64,000 nt of DNA, from assembly GCA_035292585.1 (NCBI GenBank), contig DATDPU010000148.1, positions 4,097 to 68,096 of the forward strand, given 5' to 3'. How positions within the stretch are numbered: the first letter of the stretch is position 1; the number at the start of each line of letters is the position of its first letter. The DNA is from Anaerolineae bacterium (GTDB taxonomy: Bacteria > Chloroflexota > Anaerolineae > Fen-1058). Below the pieces are notes generated by a model, which saw nothing but the letters and a program-made list of their open reading frames with translations, was not told the DNA's origin and did not search any database. Both the position numbers and the translations under genes were made by a program. Of this stretch, positions 35,416-44,908 are shown piece after piece.

Positions 35416-37599
35416 ATGGCCCACGGTACGCACAATCCTAAAGCCGATCCGGCTAGCTCACACCCGCACCCCACGCCCGAACACGATAAGCCTGTCGAAC
35501 AGGGCGCTAGGGGACACGGTGTGCATGAACACGATCGGCCGGCCGGCCGCCATGCCGCTGCGACCGGGACGACGGACGAAGCGATGGATCACGCTGTCCA
35601 CGGGCGCGATATCGATCACCGGGCGCATATCGATCATACCGGGCACGAGGCCATGTTCCGCCAACGCTTTTGGGTCTGCCTGGCCCTCTCGATCCCGGTG
35701 CTGGTCCACAGCCCCACGCTTCAGAATTTGCTCGGCTTCAGCCCGCCCAGCTTCCCTGGCAGCGCGTGGCTCGCGCCGCTCTTCTCCGTAATTGTGTTCG
35801 CCTACGGCGGCGTGCCCTTCCTGCGAATGGCTGTGCCCGAGGTACGGGAGCGCCAGCCGGGGATGATGACGCTGATCTCGTTGGCGATCGGCGTCGCATT
35901 TGTCTACAGCCTGATCGCGTTCGTCACCGCGTCGGGCGAGACGTTCTTCTGGGAATTGGTCACGCTGATCGACATCATGCTGCTGGGGCACTGGATCGAA
36001 ATGCGCAGTGTGCGCCAGGCCTCGCGCGCGCTGGATGAGCTGGCGCAGCTCATGCCCGACACCGCCGAGCGCATCCGGCCTGACGGCAGCACGGAGGAAA
36101 CATCGGTGAGCGCGTTGCGCGCGGGCGATCGGGTGCTGGTGCGGCCGGGTGCGAGCGTCCCGGCCGATGGCGAAGTGGAAGCGGGCGCGTCGGACGTGAA
36201 CGAGGCGCTGATCACCGGCGAGTCGCGGCCGGTGGGCAAGCAGCCGGGCGACAAGGTGATCGCCGGGACGATCAACGGCGACGGCAGCCTGCGCGTGCGC
36301 GTGACGGCGACCGGTGAAGAGACGGCGCTGGCAGGCATCATGCGATTGGTGCGCGAAGCACAGCAGAGCAAATCGCGCACGCAGGTACTGGCCGACAAAG
36401 CCGCCGGCTGGCTGTTCTACATCGCGCTGGGTGTCGCCGCGCTCACGGCTATCGCCTGGACGATCGCGATCGGCTTCAACAATGAAGTCATCGCGCGCGT
36501 GGCGACGGTGCTGGTGATCGCCTGCCCGCACGCGCTGGGGCTGGCGATCCCGCTGGTGGTCGCGATCACAACTTCGCTCGGCGCGCGGAACGGCATCCTG
36601 GTGCGGGACCGGCTGGCGCTGGAAGAAGCGCGCGAGATCGACACGATCATTTTCGATAAGACCGGCACGCTGACGCAGGGCGAGTTTGGCGTGGTGGGCG
36701 TTGCGACGGCTGAAGGTTGGGACGAGCGCCGGGCGCTGGCGCTGGCCGCGGCGATCGAGGTGGACTCGGAGCACACCATCGCGCAGGGCATGCGCCGCAC
36801 GGCGGCGGAGCGGGAACTGTCACTCCCGCGCGTTTCGGAGTTTGAGGCGCTCAAAGGGCGCGGCGTGCGCGCTAAGAGCGAGGGGCGCACGGTCTACGTG
36901 GGCGGCCCGCGCCTGCTGGAGCTGCTCAAGCTCGACCTGCCGCCGACCCTGGCGCGTTTCACGGACGAGGCCAACGCCAAAGGCCAGAGTGTGGTCTATC
37001 TCGTGCAGGAAGAGCGGGTGGCGGCCGGCTTCGCGCTGGCCGACGTGATCCGGCCGGAAAGCCGCGCGACCGTGCAGCGGCTGCATGCGCTGGGCATCGC
37101 CGTGGCGATGTTGACCGGCGACAGTCAGGCGGTGGCGAAGGCCGTAGCCGACGAGCTGGGCATCGACCAATACTTTGCCGAGGTGCTGCCTGAGCACAAG
37201 GCTCAAAAAGTGGCCGAGCTGCAACGACAGGGTCGGCGCGTGGCGATGGTCGGCGATGGCGTGAACGACGCCCCGGCGCTGGCGCGCGCCGACGTGGGTA
37301 TCGCCATCGGCGGCGGGACGGATGTGGCGGTCGAATCGGCAGGCATCATCCTGGTCAGGAGCAACCCGCTCGACGCGGTGAAGGCCATCGAGTTGAGCCG
37401 GGCCAGCTATCGGAAAATGATCCAGAACCTGCTGTGGGCCACCGGTTACAACGTGATTGCGCTGCCGTTGGCGGCGGGCGTCCTGGCCCCGATCGGCATT
37501 GTGCTCTCGCCCGCCGTCGGCGCGCTGTTCATGTCGTTGAGCACCGTCATCGTCGCGCTCAATGCGCAGCTGCTGCGGCGCGTGCCGGTGGCGGCGTAG
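35416..37599 (+). CDS. copB: Heavy-metal (copper) P1B-type ATPase, CopB-like with His-rich N-terminus
   Basis: His-rich leader ([25 protein letters not shown]), TM CPH motif (IACPHAL), [17 protein letters not shown]. Confidence 0.85.
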   Translation: MAHGTHNPKADPASSHPHPTPEHDKPVEQGARGHGVHEHDRPAGRHAAATGTTDEAMDHAVHGRDIDHRAHIDHTGHEAMFRQRFWVCLALSIPVLVHSPTLQNLLGFSPPSFPGSAWLAPLFSVIVFAYGGVPFLRMAVPEVRERQPGMMTLISLAIGVAFVYSLIAFVTASGETFFWELVTLIDIMLLGHWIEMRSVRQASRALDELAQLMPDTAERIRPDGSTEETSVSALRAGDRVLVRPGASVPADGEVEAGASDVNEALITGESRPVGKQPGDKVIAGTINGDGSLRVRVTATGEETALAGIMRLVREAQQSKSRTQVLADKAAGWLFYIALGVAALTAIAWTIAIGFNNEVIARVATVLVIACPHALGLAIPLVVAITTSLGARNGILVRDRLALEEAREIDTIIFDKTGTLTQGEFGVVGVATAEGWDERRALALAAAIEVDSEHTIAQGMRRTAAERELSLPRVSEFEALKGRGVRAKSEGRTVYVGGPRLLELLKLDLPPTLARFTDEANAKGQSVVYLVQEERVAAGFALADVIRPESRATVQRLHALGIAVAMLTGDSQAVAKAVADELGIDQYFAEVLPEHKAQKVAELQRQGRRVAMVGDGVNDAPALARADVGIAIGGGTDVAVESAGIILVRSNPLDAVKAIELSRASYRKMIQNLLWATGYNVIALPLAAGVLAPIGIVLSPAVGALFMSLSTVIVALNAQLLRRVPVAA

Positions 37600-37661
37600 C
37601 GCGACCGATTTTGCCCATTTCGGAAAATCGCGTAAGATAAGGCCGGCGTTGAGGAGGGGAT

Positions 37662-38498
37662 ATGCTGAAGCGATCGTTAGCCTGTACGCTTACACTCTTC
37701 GTGGCGCTGTTGGTCGCGCCTCCACGACCCGTTGGGGCGTCCGGCCTGGCGCAAGATTCGGGTGTGGTGCATACCGTGCAGCCGGGCGAGAACTTATTTC
37801 GTATCAGCCTGCGCTACGGCGTCAGCCTGGATGCCCTCGTCAGGGCGAACGGCCTGGCCGATGCCGGCAGCGTTTATGCCGGTCAGCGCCTGATCATTCC
37901 GGCGGCCGGCTCGACCGCCGCCCCAACCCCTGCTGCAAATCCACCCGCGACAAGCAGCTCGACCCACATCGTGCAGCCGGGTGAGAACCTGTATCGCATC
38001 GGGCTGCGCTACGGCGTGACGGCGGCCCAACTACAAACGGCTAACCAGCTGGCGGGCAACACGATCTTCGTCGGCCAGCAGTTGCGCATCCCATCCAGCG
38101 CGGCAGTGGCGACCACGCCTTCCGCTGCGCCGACGGCTTCGGGTGCAGCCAGGGAAGTCGTCGTCGATCTGAGTGATCAACGAGTGTACGTCTACGAAAA
38201 CGGCTCGCTGGTGCGGACGATGGTTGCGTCCACCGGCGTCGCCGCTACGCCGACGGTGCTGGGCGCGTACCAGGTTTACGCGCGCTATTCCAGCCAGACG
38301 ATGTATGGCCCTGGCTACTATCTGCCGGACGTGCCTTACGTGCAATACTTCTACCAGGCTTACGCGCTGCACGGCACCTATTGGCACAACAATTTCGGCG
38401 TCCCGATGAGCCGTGGCTGCGTCAACCTGACCATCGCCGACGCCGAGTGGTTGTACGGCTGGGCGACGATGGGGACGCTCGTGCGCGTCGTGTCGTAG
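37662..38498 (+). CDS. 2 x LysM + L,D-transpeptidase (YkuD) protein
   Basis: GAGGAGG RBS and a signal peptide. Two LysM units (HTVQPGENLFRISLRYG and HIVQPGENLYRIGLRYG). Catalytic HGT....SRGCVNL. Confidence 0.85.
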   Translation: MLKRSLACTLTLFVALLVAPPRPVGASGLAQDSGVVHTVQPGENLFRISLRYGVSLDALVRANGLADAGSVYAGQRLIIPAAGSTAAPTPAANPPATSSSTHIVQPGENLYRIGLRYGVTAAQLQTANQLAGNTIFVGQQLRIPSSAAVATTPSAAPTASGAAREVVVDLSDQRVYVYENGSLVRTMVASTGVAATPTVLGAYQVYARYSSQTMYGPGYYLPDVPYVQYFYQAYALHGTYWHNNFGVPMSRGCVNLTIADAEWLYGWATMGTLVRVVS

Positions 38499-38523
38499 GC
38501 TATTGGGAGTAAAACTGATCCAC

Positions 38524-38832
38524 GAAAGCACACGAAGAAACACGAATTTAACGGTCGTTTTCGTGCGCCTGCGTGTAATGCGGCGTGCTCCCTGCAGCGA
38601 GCGGTTAGTGCGGCTCGCTTCAGGTTGCAGATCGAATTCGGGTGGGCTATTCCCACTGCTCTCGGCCCGCGTCCTCGCGGGCCGTCCGCGGGGACGCGGA
38701 CGGTGAGCCGTCAGAAAGCACACGAAGAAACACGAATTTAACGGTCGTTTTCGTGCGCCTGCGTGTGATGCGGCGTGTACCCTGCAGCGAGCGGTTAGTG
38801 CGGCTCGCTTCAGGTTGCAGATCGAATTCGGA
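38524..38832 (+). repeat. REP-C: two ~119-bp direct repeats with 190-bp period
   Basis: 38524-38642 and 38714-38832 differ at only a few positions. A partial inverted copy lies at 40756-40790. Confidence 0.85.
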
Positions 38833-38864
38833 TGAGCTGTCCTGGCGTGATTTGAAATCGGCCA

Positions 38865-39230
38865 TCAGACGCGCCCAAAGTGCGAGTCCTTGAACTCGGT
38901 CGGATACTTTAGCCCGAAACCCAGCACCCGATCGATCCCGATGTGCGCCAGCCAGATCAGCGCGAGCAACATAGCCGTAGGTTGGCTGCCCCACAATCCC
39001 AACGCGGCTAACGCGCTCGGCAATACCAGATTATGCGCCAGATTGTAAACGGCCGCGCCGATGTTTGCGCCGGCCAGGTAGCCCAGCATCGACGCATCGG
39101 GCGTGAGCAGGAGCAGCGCAAACGCGAGCCAATCGCCGCCTTGCAGGCTATACAACGCGATCGACAGAATTGCCAGCGCCGCGCCTTCGAGCCGCAGCAA
39201 CATACCCGGTGAAGTCAAGAAGTTCCCCAT
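38865..39230 (-). CDS. DUF4260 membrane protein
   Basis: Four TM helices. Ends in GIDRVLGFGLKYPTEFKDSHFG. Start at ATG 39230 with a GAGGAG RBS. Confidence 0.7.
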   Translation of the reverse strand: MGNFLTSPGMLLRLEGAALAILSIALYSLQGGDWLAFALLLLTPDASMLGYLAGANIGAAVYNLAHNLVLPSALAALGLWGSQPTAMLLALIWLAHIGIDRVLGFGLKYPTEFKDSHFGRV

Positions 39231-39418
39231 GTGATCAGCTCCTCGCTCCGCTGGTTCTCGCAGCTCGATTGTACGCCGCTTCATCTAACTGCCCTGCCGA
39301 AAGTGTGGCGGGAACACGGTTTCTCAGACGGTAGGCGACTGCTTCATCCCGCTTGGGCCGGGAGTCGAGGCGCAGGGATACGTTCATTCTGACGGGCAAA
39401 GCATGCTTCGGTAAAATG

Positions 39419-40591
39419 TTAGGACGGCGTGAGGGCCGCCTGCATGCGTTTCAAGGCCTCGATCAGGATCGCGCGTGGGCAACCGAAGTTCAAGCGCACG
39501 AAACCCTCGCCGCCCGGCCCGAAGAGCGCGCCATCGGCCAGAGCCACGCGCGCCTGGTGTAGGAAAAACTCGTAGGGGTTGCCTTCGATTCGAGCCTGCC
39601 GGCAATCCAACCACGCCAGATAGGTTGCTTCGGGCTGCGCCAGCGTGATGCCAGGCAGCTCCCGGCGCACGTATTCACACAACGTGTCCCGATTCGCCTC
39701 CAGATAAACGAGCAGCTGCTCGAGCCAGTCTTGCCCCTCCCGATACGCCGTCTCGGCGGCCAACACTCCCATCAAGTTGATCCAGCTCACCAGCCCGCGC
39801 CGCGTCTGTAAATAGGTCTGCCGTAGCTCCGGATTCTGGATGATCGCGATCGCGCATTGCAGGCCGGCCAGGTTAAACGTCTTCGTCGGCGCGATCAGCG
39901 TGATGGTCTGCCGGGCGATGTCGGGGTGCAGCGAAGCGATCGGCGTGTGCCGCTGGCCGGTGTAGATCAAGTCGCTGTGAATTTCATCCGAACAGATGAC
40001 CACGCCGTGCCGCAGGCAAATCTCCGCCAGGCGTTCGAGCTCCGCTGGCTGGAACACCCGGCCGACCGGGTTATGTGGGTTGCACAGGATAAACAGGCGT
40101 GTCTCGGGTGTGATCGCTGAGGTCAGGCTGGACCAATCGATCTGGTAGGAGCCATCCCCCTCGCGCCGCAATTGCGCCTGCTGGTTGATCGCGCCGATGG
40201 TCTGCGCGGCGTGCAAAAGCGGCGGATAGGTCGGAGTCTGTACCAGCACGCCGCCCGATCCCGCCACGGCATGGCAAGCCAGATGGGTGGCAGTCACGAC
40301 GCCCGGCGCGAAGACCAGATCCGCCGGTTCGATGTGCCAGTGGTAGCGCTCTGCCATTCGCTCGACAACAAGTTGTTGTAGTGCAGGGCGAGTCTGGGAT
40401 TCGATACCCAGGCCATCGGGATAACCGAATATCCCGTGTTCGACCCGCTCGCGCAGCGCCTGAATCACGGGCGCTGGCGAAACGAAGTCCATGTCCGCGA
40501 CCCACATCGGGATCACGTCGGGATCATACTTGCGCCACTTCAGGCTGTCCGTGTCGCGTCGCTCTGGTATGATGTCGAAGTCATAGCGCAT
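39419..40591 (-). CDS. PLP-dependent C-S lyase, MalY/PatB family (cystathionine beta-lyase-type aminotransferase fold)
   Basis: N-terminus MRYDFDIIPERRDTDSLKWRKY...MWVADMDF is characteristic of PatB/MalY. AAGGAAGG RBS. Confidence 0.85.
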   Translation of the reverse strand: MRYDFDIIPERRDTDSLKWRKYDPDVIPMWVADMDFVSPAPVIQALRERVEHGIFGYPDGLGIESQTRPALQQLVVERMAERYHWHIEPADLVFAPGVVTATHLACHAVAGSGGVLVQTPTYPPLLHAAQTIGAINQQAQLRREGDGSYQIDWSSLTSAITPETRLFILCNPHNPVGRVFQPAELERLAEICLRHGVVICSDEIHSDLIYTGQRHTPIASLHPDIARQTITLIAPTKTFNLAGLQCAIAIIQNPELRQTYLQTRRGLVSWINLMGVLAAETAYREGQDWLEQLLVYLEANRDTLCEYVRRELPGITLAQPEATYLAWLDCRQARIEGNPYEFFLHQARVALADGALFGPGGEGFVRLNFGCPRAILIEALKRMQAALTPS

Positions 40592-40812
40592 ACACACCTT
40601 CCTTTGAGGCTGATCCACGCAGGGCACGCAGACCCACTCAATCTCCGAGCATTATTCGCGCGTCTTAATGCTCACTTGCCCATTGGGTCAGGGCTGAAAA
40701 GTTTTATTTCAGACAACGCCTAGTCTACACGCACCGGCGGAAATTGGCGAATTGTTTTATTCGTGCTCATTCGTGTGGCTTCGTGGATCAACTCCTATGG
40801 TACACTTGCCGC

Positions 40813-41298
40813 ATGCCCATCATCCCCCTGCATCTCCACTCGCACTGGCGCGGGTGGCGCGCGGCTCAGTTGAGCCTGTCGTTCGGAGCGCCACCGCTTG
40901 AGCTGCCCGATCCGACGCTGCGGGAGCGGGCTGAATGGGAGCGCGAGATTTTGGGCCCGCTGGTGAGCGTACATCCTCTACAACTGGTCGCGGCGGAATT
41001 AGCGCAGCACGCGCTGACGCGGAGCGATCAGCTGATCGCGTGTGCGGGGCGCGAGGTGAAGCTGGCCGGCGTGCGTTTGGCCGCGCACCGTTTCAACGGC
41101 AGGCAACAGGAGCCGATGTTGTTGGTGGATATGGAGGACGAAGCTGGGCTGTATCAGGTGCTGTGGAGCGGCGCGGCGTTGCAGGAGTATGGGGGCGTAT
41201 GATCGCGCCGCGAGCCGGTATTGATCCGAGGCCGCGTCAGAACCGATCGGCAGGGGCAAACGCTGCTGGTGGGCGTTGAAATCTCGGCCATCTCATGA
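40813..41298 (+). pseudogene. Remnant of the C-terminal OB-fold region of a DNA polymerase III alpha subunit (dnaE/dnaE2-like)
   Basis: ERAEWEREILGPLVSVHPL...REVKLAGVRLAAHRF...PMLLVDMEDEAGLYQVLW matches the DnaE C-terminal layout. In-frame TGA at 41200-41202 is followed in the same frame by PVLIRGRVRTDRQGQTLLVGVEISAIS. About 1000 N-terminal codons are absent. Confidence 0.6.
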
Positions 41299-41302
41299 GA
41301 TG

Positions 41303-41339
41303 AGAAACCAGGTTTCTTCAAGAAACCTGGTTTCTTTTT
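41303..41339. terminator. Perfect 15-bp hairpin AGAAACCAGGTTTCT-TCA-AGAAACCTGGTTTCT followed by TTTTT
   Basis: Read directly from the sequence. The right half plus GGCCGCGC is duplicated at 41382-41407, abutting the stop of the minus-strand transporter gene. Confidence 0.6.
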
Positions 41340-41406
41340 GGCCGCGCCGCTGGTCGGGTCAGGCGACTCGACCAGAACTGGGAAACCTGGTTTCTTTTTG
41401 GCCGCG

Positions 41407-43341
41407 CTAATGAACCGCAGGCGTATGCCCGTTCTCGCGCAGTTCCAACTGATACGGCACGGTTGTCACCGCGACGCGCTTCAAATCCTGCAAGGCCAGG
41501 TTCAACCCGATCGCCGCGTTCTGGTGCAGCGCTTGCTCCAGGAGATTATCCATCACCAGGTGTCCGGCGATGACGTGGAGGAAGCCTTGCGGGAGTTCGC
41601 GCAACAGCTCTTCGACATACTGGTGAATCGGATCGACCAGGTTGCGGTAGGGCGAGGGCAGGATGGTCAGGTAGGCTTCCTCGCCGATGCGTTCCTGCCA
41701 CTTCTGCTTCACGCGCTCCGCCTTGTCCGGGTCGATCGCCACGTGCACGGCGGTCCAGGGCACGCCCAATGATTTGGCGAAGTTGATCGTATTGATCGTT
41801 CCGGCGTGGACGTCGTCGACCAGGACCAGCATCTTGACCGGTCGCTGGCGAATGTTGGGCCAGCGCGCGCCCTGGCTCAGGATCGCAGCCACGCCTTGGT
41901 AATGATGGTGGATGCGGAAGAAGATCAAGACCAGCGTCGGGATCAATAAGACGATGATCCAGGCCCCGTCGCGGAACTTAGCGATGGCGAACACGAGCAT
42001 CACCACGCCCGTCATCACCGCGCCGATCGCGTTCACGATCAGCTTAATCCGCCAGTGGGGATCGAAGCGCAGCAGCGAGCCGTGCACCTCGATTTCTTCA
42101 CCCGGTTTCATCCGGCCGCTGCGCCGCCAGCGCACGACCATGCCGGTCTGCGAGAGGGTGAACGATAAGAACACGCCGATGGCGTACAGCGGGATCAACT
42201 GCGTCGTCTCTGCGTTGAAGACGATAACCAACAGCGCGGCCATGGTGGCCAGTAAAACGATACCCCACGAGAACACCAGCCGCCGTCCCCGGAAGGTGAG
42301 CTGCTTGGGCAGGAAGCCGTCGCCGGCCTGTAACGCAGCCAGGCGCGGAAAGTCGGCGTACGAGGTGTTGGCGGCCATGATCAGGATGATCGTCGTGGCT
42401 GTAACTGTCAGGAAATACAACGGCGTCGCGCCGTAGATCGTGCGCGCAATCTGCGAGACGACCGTCTCCCTGACGTCTTCGCCGGCAACGACATGGACAG
42501 CATTGGCCAGCAAGGTGATGCCGATGAAGGTGACGCCCAGGATCGCGGCCATGGCGGTCAAGGTCTGGGCCGCGTTCTTGCTGCGCGGCTCCTTGAACGC
42601 GGTGATGCCATTGGAGATGGCTTCGACGCCGGTCACCGCCGCCGAGCCGCTGGCAAAAGCACGCAACAGTAGGAGCAGCGTCAGCGGCTGCAACACGTGC
42701 TCGGCCGCGCCCGCGCGCGGCACGTCGGTCACCCTGCCCAGCGAACCGGTCGCCAGCTGGATGAATCCGGTTGCCAACATCAGGAACACCAGCACGATGT
42801 AAAAGTAAGTCGGGATGGCGAAGACCATCCCCGATTCTTTCACGCCGCGCAGGTTGATGACCGTCATGATCGCAATCAGGACCAGCGCGATCTCGACGCG
42901 GTACGGGTAAAGCGCCGGAAACGCCGACGCCAGCTGCGCCACGCCGGCGGCGATGCTCACCGCGACCGTCAGGATGTAGTCGGTCAGCAGCGCCGCGCCT
43001 GCCACCTGAGCCGACCTTTCACCCAAGTTGTCCCGCGCCACGATGTATGCGCCGCCGCCGCCCGGATAAGCGTGGATCGTCTGACGGTACGAGATGGTCA
43101 GGATGATCAACATCGTGGCGATGATGATCGAGATCGGGATCGACAGGTAGAAATACGCCGCGCCAGTCAGCGCCAGCACAATCAGGATTTCCTCGGTGGC
43201 GTAGGCGACGGACGAGAGATTGTCGGAAGCGAATACCGCTAAACCGATTTTCTTGCTCAGCGTCTGATGTGGAATGTCAATGGTCCGCAGCGGCGGCCCA
43301 ATTAGAATGCGCCCCAACGAGTGGCGTTGAGCAGTTGCCAT
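41407..43341 (-). CDS. APC-superfamily transporter, KimA (YdaO)-like K+/H+ symporter with C-terminal cytoplasmic domain
   Basis: LAVFASDNLSSVAYATEEIL, AYPGGGGAYIV, LTDYILTVAVSIAAG, LRAFASGSAAVTGVEAISNGITAFK and LIPLYAIGVFLSFTLSQTGM match my recollection of B. subtilis KimA. Adjacent to a KdpDE-like pair. Confidence 0.7.
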   Translation of the reverse strand: MATAQRHSLGRILIGPPLRTIDIPHQTLSKKIGLAVFASDNLSSVAYATEEILIVLALTGAAYFYLSIPISIIIATMLIILTISYRQTIHAYPGGGGAYIVARDNLGERSAQVAGAALLTDYILTVAVSIAAGVAQLASAFPALYPYRVEIALVLIAIMTVINLRGVKESGMVFAIPTYFYIVLVFLMLATGFIQLATGSLGRVTDVPRAGAAEHVLQPLTLLLLLRAFASGSAAVTGVEAISNGITAFKEPRSKNAAQTLTAMAAILGVTFIGITLLANAVHVVAGEDVRETVVSQIARTIYGATPLYFLTVTATTIILIMAANTSYADFPRLAALQAGDGFLPKQLTFRGRRLVFSWGIVLLATMAALLVIVFNAETTQLIPLYAIGVFLSFTLSQTGMVVRWRRSGRMKPGEEIEVHGSLLRFDPHWRIKLIVNAIGAVMTGVVMLVFAIAKFRDGAWIIVLLIPTLVLIFFRIHHHYQGVAAILSQGARWPNIRQRPVKMLVLVDDVHAGTINTINFAKSLGVPWTAVHVAIDPDKAERVKQKWQERIGEEAYLTILPSPYRNLVDPIHQYVEELLRELPQGFLHVIAGHLVMDNLLEQALHQNAAIGLNLALQDLKRVAVTTVPYQLELRENGHTPAVH

Positions 43342-43353
43342 TTTAGCGCTCCA

Positions 43354-44040
43354 TCACATTAGAAACCGCGCCCACAACACTACCGCAATGACTTCTAAGA
43401 GCACGGATAGACCCATCAAAAGATAGTACGCCCCGTCGCGGTACGTGCGCGCGATCTCCGCCTGCATCACAAAGAACCCCGCCAGAATCCCGATGGAGCC
43501 GACGAGCGACAAGAGCTGCCTGAGGCGCCCACTCGGTTCCGGAGCTGGACGCTGATACCAGCCGGAAAGCAGGTACACCGGGCCGGGCAGCGCCGAAGCC
43601 AGCGACTCTTTCGCTGCATGGAGCTGCTCTTGATGACACACGATTAAGTCCCCCGCCCGCCAGACCTGCCTGATCGCCGGCAGCCAATCGTGTTCGAGCA
43701 CCACCAGCGTTTCGACGCGGGTCCGCCGATCGCGCGTGAGCGCGGCGAGCGTCGCAAGTTGGCGGCGCACCAGCGGTTCGCTTGCGACGGTCTTGTAAAG
43801 ACTCACGTAGAGGATTTCAAGGCCGCGCGGTGAAGCGAGCAGCCAAATGCGTTGAGCCAGCTCGGACTCGCCGCTTTCCAGGTCGGGCGCCAGAACGATG
43901 AGGCGCTGCACCGACGGCGGCAGTTCTTGGCGCTGCGCGTCCGAATCGGACGTGAGATCGGTTGGGGGGGCCGTGGCCCGATCGCGTGGAGGCGTCTTAA
44001 GTCGGGGTTGAATGGTTGCGGGTCGATCCATGTTAAACAT
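43354..44040 (-). CDS. Hypothetical protein: USP-like N-terminal domain + C-terminal TM helices
   Basis: LIVLAPD...LEILYVSL...VETLVVLEHDWLPAI...GDLIVCH resembles a universal-stress-protein fold pattern. Two or three C-terminal TM segments. 12-nt gap to the transporter gene. Confidence 0.45.
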   Translation of the reverse strand: MFNMDRPATIQPRLKTPPRDRATAPPTDLTSDSDAQRQELPPSVQRLIVLAPDLESGESELAQRIWLLASPRGLEILYVSLYKTVASEPLVRRQLATLAALTRDRRTRVETLVVLEHDWLPAIRQVWRAGDLIVCHQEQLHAAKESLASALPGPVYLLSGWYQRPAPEPSGRLRQLLSLVGSIGILAGFFVMQAEIARTYRDGAYYLLMGLSVLLEVIAVVLWARFLM

Positions 44041-44125
44041 CTGCCTGATCGTTTACTCGGCACACAGTTTAACCGGCCGAAATAAATCTGTGACAAAGGT
44101 TTTGACCAGTTTCATAAAGGACAAA

Positions 44126-44156
44126 TAAAAAGCGCCCCGCCTGGGGCGCTTTTTTG
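44126..44156 (-). terminator. Intrinsic terminator AAAAAGCGCCCC-GCCT-GGGGCGCTTTTTT (bidirectional)
   Basis: 8-bp GC stem flanked by an A-run and a T-run, 57 nt downstream of the kdpE-like stop. Confidence 0.75.
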
Positions 44157-44212
44157 AAATTTGCGTATTCAAGGAGCCTCAAGAGACCGGGTTTCTTCAG
44201 GAAACCCGGTCT

Positions 44213-44908
44213 CTAATCGTCGGCGTTGAACCGGTAACCGATGCCTGGTTCGGTGAGGAGAATCTGCGGATGCTCGGGGTCGGCTTCCAGTTTCTTGCGC
44301 AGCTGGCGCATGTAAACCCGCAGGTATTCGATGTGGTCAGCCTCGGCTTCACCCCACACGTGCGTCAGAATACTCCGATGCGTCAACACCCGGCCGGCGT
44401 TCGCGGCCAGGTAGGCCAGCAGCTTGAACTCAGTGGCGGACAATTTCACCGGGTCGCTATCCCGCGTGACGCTGTACCGGGCCAGGTCGATCGTCAACGG
44501 GCCGGCGCTGATCAACGTCTGTTTACTGCCTTGCACGTGAATCGAGTGTCGCAGCGCGACGCGGATGCGCGCCAGGAGCTCTTCGATGCCAAAGGGCTTG
44601 GTGAGATAATCGTCCGCGCCCCGGTCCAGGGCGACGACCTTATCTCGTTCGCTATCGCGCACGGATAAAACGATGATCGGAATTTGCGTCCATTCGCGCA
44701 GGCGTTGGCAGACCTCGATCCCGCTCATGTCGGGTAACCCCAAATCGAGGATGATCACATCGGGCGGCTGCGCTGCGGCCAGCGCCAACCCTTCTTCGCC
44801 TCGACTGGCAACGGTCACGTGAAACTTGTTTTCAGTCAGGATGGTCCGTAGCGCGCGGAGAATCTGCGGCTCGTCGTCGATGACGAGGACGTGCGGTTGG
44901 CTGGTCAT
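44213..44908 (-). CDS. kdpE: OmpR-family response regulator, KdpE-like
   Basis: HVLVIDDEPQI, DVIILDLGLPDMSG, ADDYLTKPFGIEEL, and winged-helix YLRVYMRQLRKKLEADPEHPQILLTEPGIGYRF as in KdpE. The ATGA start overlaps the kinase stop. Confidence 0.8.
   Translation of the reverse strand: MTSQPHVLVIDDEPQILRALRTILTENKFHVTVASRGEEGLALAAAQPPDVIILDLGLPDMSGIEVCQRLREWTQIPIIVLSVRDSERDKVVALDRGADDYLTKPFGIEELLARIRVALRHSIHVQGSKQTLISAGPLTIDLARYSVTRDSDPVKLSATEFKLLAYLAANAGRVLTHRSILTHVWGEAEADHIEYLRVYMRQLRKKLEADPEHPQILLTEPGIGYRFNADD

Noticed and set aside
38503-38893. Two small ORFs (67 and 83 aa) sharing ESTRRNTNLTVVFVRLRVMRR.PCSERLVRLASGCRSNS.
   Set aside because: Their similarity simply reflects the REP-C DNA repeat. 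They have no RBS, lie between two convergent 3' ends, and the peptide composition is non-protein-like.
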